This document shows, one piece after another, positions 6,533-11,048 of a DNA stretch of 11,048 nt. Both the position numbers and the translations under genes were made by a program. Source of the DNA: Armatimonadota bacterium. Lineage in GTDB: Bacteria > Armatimonadota > Hebobacteria > CAIYQO01. The notes below the pieces were generated by a model. That model did no database searches. It was not told the DNA's origin and saw nothing but the letters and a program-made list of their open reading frames with translations. The DNA lies in contig JBBRXO010000089.1 of NCBI GenBank assembly GCA_038248345.1, forward strand, positions 1-11,048. The letters run 5' to 3'. Position 1 is the stretch's first letter. Each line of letters begins with the position of its first letter.

Positions 6533-7378
6533 ATGAATACATTTGGAATCATATTGCTGTTAGTTGAAATTGCCATTTACTCAGGTATTGCCTGGATGGC
6601 GTCGAAAAAATCGCTACCGCTGACACTCATCGGAGTATTGGTGGGGATTTTCTTCGGCTTCCTTATCAGTCTGCTAGCAGCGATGGTCACCGGTGCTACT
6701 CCTTCAACAGCATTTGTCCTCAGTCCTGACGGTGCCTCCAACATAGTCATCATCGTCATCGCCACCGTGGTGACGGCAGGTGTATTATTCGGTCTGTTGA
6801 GCTGGTTAGCCGGGAATAACGAGCCTGCTCCTGCTGTGAAGCGCGAAGCAGAGAAGCAAAAATTTAATTTCGCCCCCCGTCCAGCCGCACGGGAAGCGGT
6901 GAAGCCGATGATGATCCCTAACCGCACTGTGGTGAAACCCGGGACGCCATCAGTAACCAATGATGGGGTACATACTCCTGCGGAAGGTTTCATGCCCGTT
7001 CACCCTACCGAAGGTGTCTTTGGCATGGTCGCCATCCCCGCTGCTACTATTATTGATTCTATCCCCGAAGCGGCGAAGTACCTGGAAGGGATGACTACCG
7101 TCCGTGTTCGGTTGGCGCTGTTTATCCCCCAGTTGAAGAAAGCGACCGCCTGGCTTACCTGGCGACAGGTTGCCATGCAGAGCGAAGCGGAGCGGGCGAC
7201 GGAAAATGATCGACCCGATGTAGAGCTCCTCAATCGGTGGGTACGCATTCCCCCGCAGGTATATGTCTCACAGGTACCGATAGAGTATTTCAAAGTAACT
7301 ACTACAGCTCCTGTATGGATGAAACAAACTCCCGTTACACAGGAAGAGCAGTTCCCACTTGATGAAGGGCCTATGTAA
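6533..7378 (+). CDS. hypothetical membrane protein (3 N-terminal TM helices, Pro-rich linker, soluble C-terminal domain)
   Basis: 281 aa with three hydrophobic stretches in residues ~1-93; GGGGGAG upstream; 6 bp gap to mglA. Confidence 0.8.
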   Translation: MNTFGIILLLVEIAIYSGIAWMASKKSLPLTLIGVLVGIFFGFLISLLAAMVTGATPSTAFVLSPDGASNIVIIVIATVVTAGVLFGLLSWLAGNNEPAPAVKREAEKQKFNFAPRPAAREAVKPMMIPNRTVVKPGTPSVTNDGVHTPAEGFMPVHPTEGVFGMVAIPAATIIDSIPEAAKYLEGMTTVRVRLALFIPQLKKATAWLTWRQVAMQSEAERATENDRPDVELLNRWVRIPPQVYVSQVPIEYFKVTTTAPVWMKQTPVTQEEQFPLDEGPM

Positions 7379-7384
7379 GAAGCT

Positions 7385-7987
7385 ATGGCATCAATTAACT
7401 ATGCAACTAAAGAGATTAACTGCAAGCTGGTCTATTACGGGCCAGGTATGTGTGGCAAGACCACCAACTTGCAAGTGATTCACTCGAAACTCGACGCCAA
7501 CAAGCGCGCCGAGATGGTGTCGTTGGCGACACCGGGCGAGCGGACACTTTATTTCGACTTCTTGCCAATCTCCATGGCGGAGATCAATGGTTTCGTCGTC
7601 AAATTCGGGCTTTACACCGTTCCCGGACAGGTGATGTATAATGCCACCCGCAAACTGGTGCTCCGGGGCGCTGATGGCGTAGTCTTCGTTGCCGATTCAC
7701 AATGGAAGCTGATGCAGGAAAATGTCGATAGCCTGGAGAATTTGCAATCTAACCTCGCCGAATATAACGTGAATTTGAATGAACTTCCGTATATAATGCA
7801 GTACAACAAGCGCGATCTACCGGATATCGCCCCTACCTGGTACATGGATTACCTGTTAAATAATCGCGGAGTGCCGACATATGATGCGTGCGCTCCGGAG
7901 GGTAAAGGTGTGTTTACCACACTTTCGGCGCTCTGTCGCTTTGTAATACGAGATCTGGTTCACCGATTTGAATCAGGATCTTTCTAA
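7385..7987 (+). CDS. mglA: MglA-family small Ras-like GTPase
   Basis: INCKLVYYGPGMCGKTTNL, ERTLYFDFLP, YTVPGQVMYNATRKLVLRGADGVVFVADSQ, YNKRDLP. Confidence 0.96.
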   Translation: MASINYATKEINCKLVYYGPGMCGKTTNLQVIHSKLDANKRAEMVSLATPGERTLYFDFLPISMAEINGFVVKFGLYTVPGQVMYNATRKLVLRGADGVVFVADSQWKLMQENVDSLENLQSNLAEYNVNLNELPYIMQYNKRDLPDIAPTWYMDYLLNNRGVPTYDACAPEGKGVFTTLSALCRFVIRDLVHRFESGSF

Positions 7988-8005
7988 AAAATAAGGGGTC
8001 ATGCA

Positions 8006-8443
8006 GTGGAACATAACGATCTCATAATCGACCAGGACGACGCGGCGCTATTAGACCAGTGCCTGTCCCGTTTTATCGATGATACTGGCGTCCGTGTAGC
8101 GATGCTGATGGGGCGCGACGGGCATCTCGTCGCCCGCCAGGGTAACTCCAAAGACATCAATCTGGAGAGTTTCTGTGCGCTTTCCGTGGGGGCGTTCGCC
8201 TCCTCCGAGGCCCTCGCGCGGATGGCTGGCGAGGAGTCATTCAACTCCATCTTTCACCAGGGTGTGGTCTGCAACGTATACATCGCCATGGTCGGTGATT
8301 CTCACCTGTTGCTGGTGCTCTTCGATTATAACGCCAGCGCGCCATTGGTACGTCTGCAAACTCGCGTTACCTCGGAAGCCATGATCAACGTGCTTGACCG
8401 GGCATATACGCGTACCCGCGCCGCACGTATCCCCGGGTTTTAG
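8006..8443 (+). CDS. mglB: Roadblock/LC7-domain protein, MglB-like GAP
   Basis: 145 aa; AMLMGRDGHLVARQG, LSVGAFASSEALARMAGEESFNSIFHQG, LLVLFD...LVRL; adjacent to mglA. Confidence 0.9.
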   Translation: MEHNDLIIDQDDAALLDQCLSRFIDDTGVRVAMLMGRDGHLVARQGNSKDINLESFCALSVGAFASSEALARMAGEESFNSIFHQGVVCNVYIAMVGDSHLLLVLFDYNASAPLVRLQTRVTSEAMINVLDRAYTRTRAARIPGF

Positions 8444-8499
8444 TCTGATATAAATGAAAGTACAGTGCGCACAGCTAATGAGCGCGGAGTAAAAATAAA

Positions 8500-9102
8500 A
8501 TGGTAAAGGGTTCCTTCAAGGATATCTCCTTCATAGAATTATTGCAGTTAATGTACGGTGCTCGCAAAACGGGACGCATAGAAGTAACTCAAGATAAAAA
8601 ATGGGCAATGGTTATCTTCCGCGAGGGAGTAATCTGGCATGTGGAACCACGCGGATTCCGCGGGATCTCGGCAGAAGAAGTGGTCTATGAAATTCTGGCT
8701 ATGCAAGATGCCAACTTCATTCTGCAACGGGTAGAGATATTGCCCACCCTGGAACGTTCCATTAACTTGAGTACAGAGAACATCCTGATGGAAAGCGCAA
8801 AACGACAGGATGAAGAAGAGGCGGTCTCGGTAACGATGGGTGGCGACGGCAAAAAGACCAAGCAAGTGCTGCGTATCCGGCCCGGCAGTGAAGCGCGTGT
8901 ACGCTATGTCTCTTCAGAGGTCAAAGTTATTATTGCCCTGGTAGACGGCAACAGAAATCTCAACGAGGTAGTACAGCAGAGCGGTATCGATCAGACACGG
9001 GCCGCCCAGATTGTGAAAGACCTGATGGATCAGGGCATCCTGGACGCGATTGATGTAGTAGCTGAAAATAGCGCCAAGGGGCAAACAGTCGCTGGTGGGT
9101 AA
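8500..9102 (+). CDS. DUF4388 (PatA_N-like) domain protein with C-terminal HTH-like domain
   Basis: KGSFKDISFIELLQLMYGARKTGRIEV...IFREGVI...STENILMESAKRQDE; C-terminal LVDGNRNLNEVVQQSG...LMDQGIL. Confidence 0.85.
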   Translation: MVKGSFKDISFIELLQLMYGARKTGRIEVTQDKKWAMVIFREGVIWHVEPRGFRGISAEEVVYEILAMQDANFILQRVEILPTLERSINLSTENILMESAKRQDEEEAVSVTMGGDGKKTKQVLRIRPGSEARVRYVSSEVKVIIALVDGNRNLNEVVQQSGIDQTRAAQIVKDLMDQGILDAIDVVAENSAKGQTVAGG

Positions 9103-9144
9103 TGCGTTTATCACCACCGCCGGGATACCTTGGAAAGGCTTGTT

Positions 9145-10152
9145 ATGCAGTGCAATAACTGTGGCGCAACATTAGCAGAGGGGCAGACCAGCTGCCCGGT
9201 CTGTGTGGTAAGTGATGCTAAGTCCGCACACTCAGATATCCATTGCATGAAATGTGGCCGCCTCTTGCCCGCTAATGCCACCATGTGCCCGATTTGTGAT
9301 GCACGCAAACCGCAGGATCCGCTGACCAATCCGGTGGCGCCTACCACCATCGCCCCGCCAACTGTTCCACGCCCGGCCCCTGCCAAACCGGCCGTCGTGG
9401 AACAGTTGGTGAGTTGCCCGCATTGCCAGCGTCTGATCCCCCGGGGCGCCGAGCGTTGCCCCGCCTGCGGTATAGAATTTCGTCCCCATCATGCCACCGC
9501 GTCAGCCAGCCGTGTACCTCTGAACATACTGGCGCAGCGGGTGGCCGGTGAACTATGGGCAGAGCCGGTGACCGGCCTAGCCCGAGTGTCGACGGCCTTG
9601 CGCCCGGAGCGTATCCTGGCGCTGGGGATAATCGCCCTCGTGACGACCTACGCACTCCTCCTCGGAGCTGAACTGCTGGCAGCCAATGATTTATTTCACC
9701 TGGTCTTTCGCAGTGCATCACCAGCCGTATCATTAGCAGATATCCGCTACTCAACGCCCCCGCTCTCTCGTAATGGATCGTATATATTACAGGGGGTAGC
9801 GCCATTGTTACCGCTCGCTGCGCTGGCCTCGATGCTCTTTTTTGTCCGGCGTGATCGTCCGGCACGTGCCGAGACCGATCTTTTCATCACTGGGATCGTT
9901 CTGCTGCCGGGTGCACTCATCCTGCTGCTTTCTGCCGGTATCAACCTGATATTGCCGGGACTCTTCGCGTTGGGGGCGTACCTGGGGGGCAGTGTCAGCA
10001 CAGTAATGCTGTATGGCGCCCTGCATGGACGTTACCGGCTGGCGGAGCATCGTGCCCTCGTGCTGGCGCTACTGCTTGTTTCACTCACAGGCTTTATCAG
10101 CGCACTCGTGGTGGTATTTCTGCTACGTATGTTATTCTCGTGGAATTGGTAA
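9145..10152 (+). CDS. zinc-ribbon-containing polytopic membrane protein
   Basis: Six CxxC motifs (CNNC/CPVC, CMKC/CPIC, CPHC/CPAC), a Pro-rich linker and about 5 C-terminal hydrophobic helices; ATG at 9145 follows GAAAGG (alternative TTG at 9130). Confidence 0.82.
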   Translation: MQCNNCGATLAEGQTSCPVCVVSDAKSAHSDIHCMKCGRLLPANATMCPICDARKPQDPLTNPVAPTTIAPPTVPRPAPAKPAVVEQLVSCPHCQRLIPRGAERCPACGIEFRPHHATASASRVPLNILAQRVAGELWAEPVTGLARVSTALRPERILALGIIALVTTYALLLGAELLAANDLFHLVFRSASPAVSLADIRYSTPPLSRNGSYILQGVAPLLPLAALASMLFFVRRDRPARAETDLFITGIVLLPGALILLLSAGINLILPGLFALGAYLGGSVSTVMLYGALHGRYRLAEHRALVLALLLVSLTGFISALVVVFLLRMLFSWNW

Positions 10153-10155
10153 CAG

Positions 10156-11048
10156 ATGATTTGTCCAAAATGTGGTTATGAACATAATACTGACATCACC
10201 TGCCCGACACCTTCGCGGGTGGCCGAGTGGGTACAACTGGCGCTGCTGATGGTGGTGGGGCTGGTAATCCTGGTTACCGTGCTCTTGAATACCCCCGGCC
10301 TTAATCCTGTACCAATAGGCAGTGTGAGATTTCGCCCGGTCCCGCGTGATGTTCAGCAAGTACATGATGATAACTCCAACTGCATGGATAATCAACGACG
10401 AATTATCACCGCAATTCTCATCTATGCGCAGGATCACGAAGGAAAAATGCCGACCAGCAACATCGCCTGGAAGAACCTGAAGATCGCCCCGGCGCTACTG
10501 CACTGTCCCAAAGCGCCGCGGCTGAATAATGCTTATGGTCTAAATCAAGCTATCGTCGGGCAATCTATGTACGATATCCAGGATAAACCGCATGCACTGG
10601 TCATTGCTGATTGCGGTACCGGCAGCGGGATGCTCACCAGTATGAATGACGTGGATACCCGACGTCACGATAACGGGTATATTGCGGCCTTCGCCGACAG
10701 CCACGTGGAACTGCTCCCAGAGGGGACTGGCGCCGGATTGACGATCATGCTCCGTCTGCCTACCGGCATCATCAGTTCGGTGACCTCCGCCGCTCCTACC
10801 GTCCCGGATCCCGCACGAGGCCCGCGCGAAGAAGCGATGAAACTGGCGCTGGCCACGCTACGTACTGCGGTGAAGCAGTTCCAGGCGGATACCGGCGTCT
10901 TCCCGGTGACATTGGACGACTTACTCGCCCCGGGAGCCGAGCAATTGACCGCTAGCCTCCCTGGTGATGCGCGTGCGCGTTATCGCGGCCCCTACCTCGC
11001 TGGCGGTACACTCCCCATCAATCCTCTCGCAGATGACCCCAGTCGCAA
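10156..11048 (+). CDS. membrane-anchored protein with DUF1559/H-X9-DG-like and GspG-like pilin domains; 3'-truncated by the window (absent from the ORF track)
   Basis: Hand translation open to the window end: MICPKCGYEH..., TM helix, CMDNQRRIITAILIYAQDHEGKMP...LHCP...YGLN...RHDNGYIAAFADSHVE, then LATLRTAVKQFQADTGVFPVTLDDL...YRGPYL...LPINPL. Confidence 0.82.
   Translation, partial: MICPKCGYEHNTDITCPTPSRVAEWVQLALLMVVGLVILVTVLLNTPGLNPVPIGSVRFRPVPRDVQQVHDDNSNCMDNQRRIITAILIYAQDHEGKMPTSNIAWKNLKIAPALLHCPKAPRLNNAYGLNQAIVGQSMYDIQDKPHALVIADCGTGSGMLTSMNDVDTRRHDNGYIAAFADSHVELLPEGTGAGLTIMLRLPTGIISSVTSAAPTVPDPARGPREEAMKLALATLRTAVKQFQADTGVFPVTLDDLLAPGAEQLTASLPGDARARYRGPYLAGGTLPINPLADDPSR

Noticed and set aside
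10132..10856. Minus-strand ORFs 10132-10437 and 10665-10856
   Set aside because: They are antisense to the long + strand pilin-like frame starting at 10156, which has recognisable motifs.

Overview
Bacterial chromosomal window; the H-X9-DG/DUF1559-type gene suggests Armatimonadota or a PVC-like lineage (inference). The left half is a variable hotspot between two convergent GC-rich housekeeping genes, aroA (+, 5'-truncated by the window) and rsgA (-). The last 74 bp of aroA occur three times in direct orientation (744-817, 2825-2898, 4007-4080), delimiting two tandem cassettes of 2081 and 1182 bp that encode no recombinase. Cassette 1 carries a Schlafen/AlbA_2-HATPase-wHTH gene. Cassette 2 carries a DUF697-like gene, a start-less XRE regulator missed by the ORF track, and a diverged copy of the last 19 codons of the AlbA_2 gene. 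Arrays of a palindromic CGCATAAA(A)T motif lie inside three of the four cassette ends, including a perfect 21-bp-stem hairpin 6 nt before the third aroA copy. The invariant part of the repeat contains a G-quadruplex motif. A frameshifted VapBC-type toxin-antitoxin pair follows. The right half has rsgA, two tRNA-Val genes with a consensus sigma70 promoter, and a + strand cluster: membrane protein, mglA, mglB, DUF4388 protein, triple zinc-ribbon membrane protein, and a pilin-like fusion gene that runs off the window.
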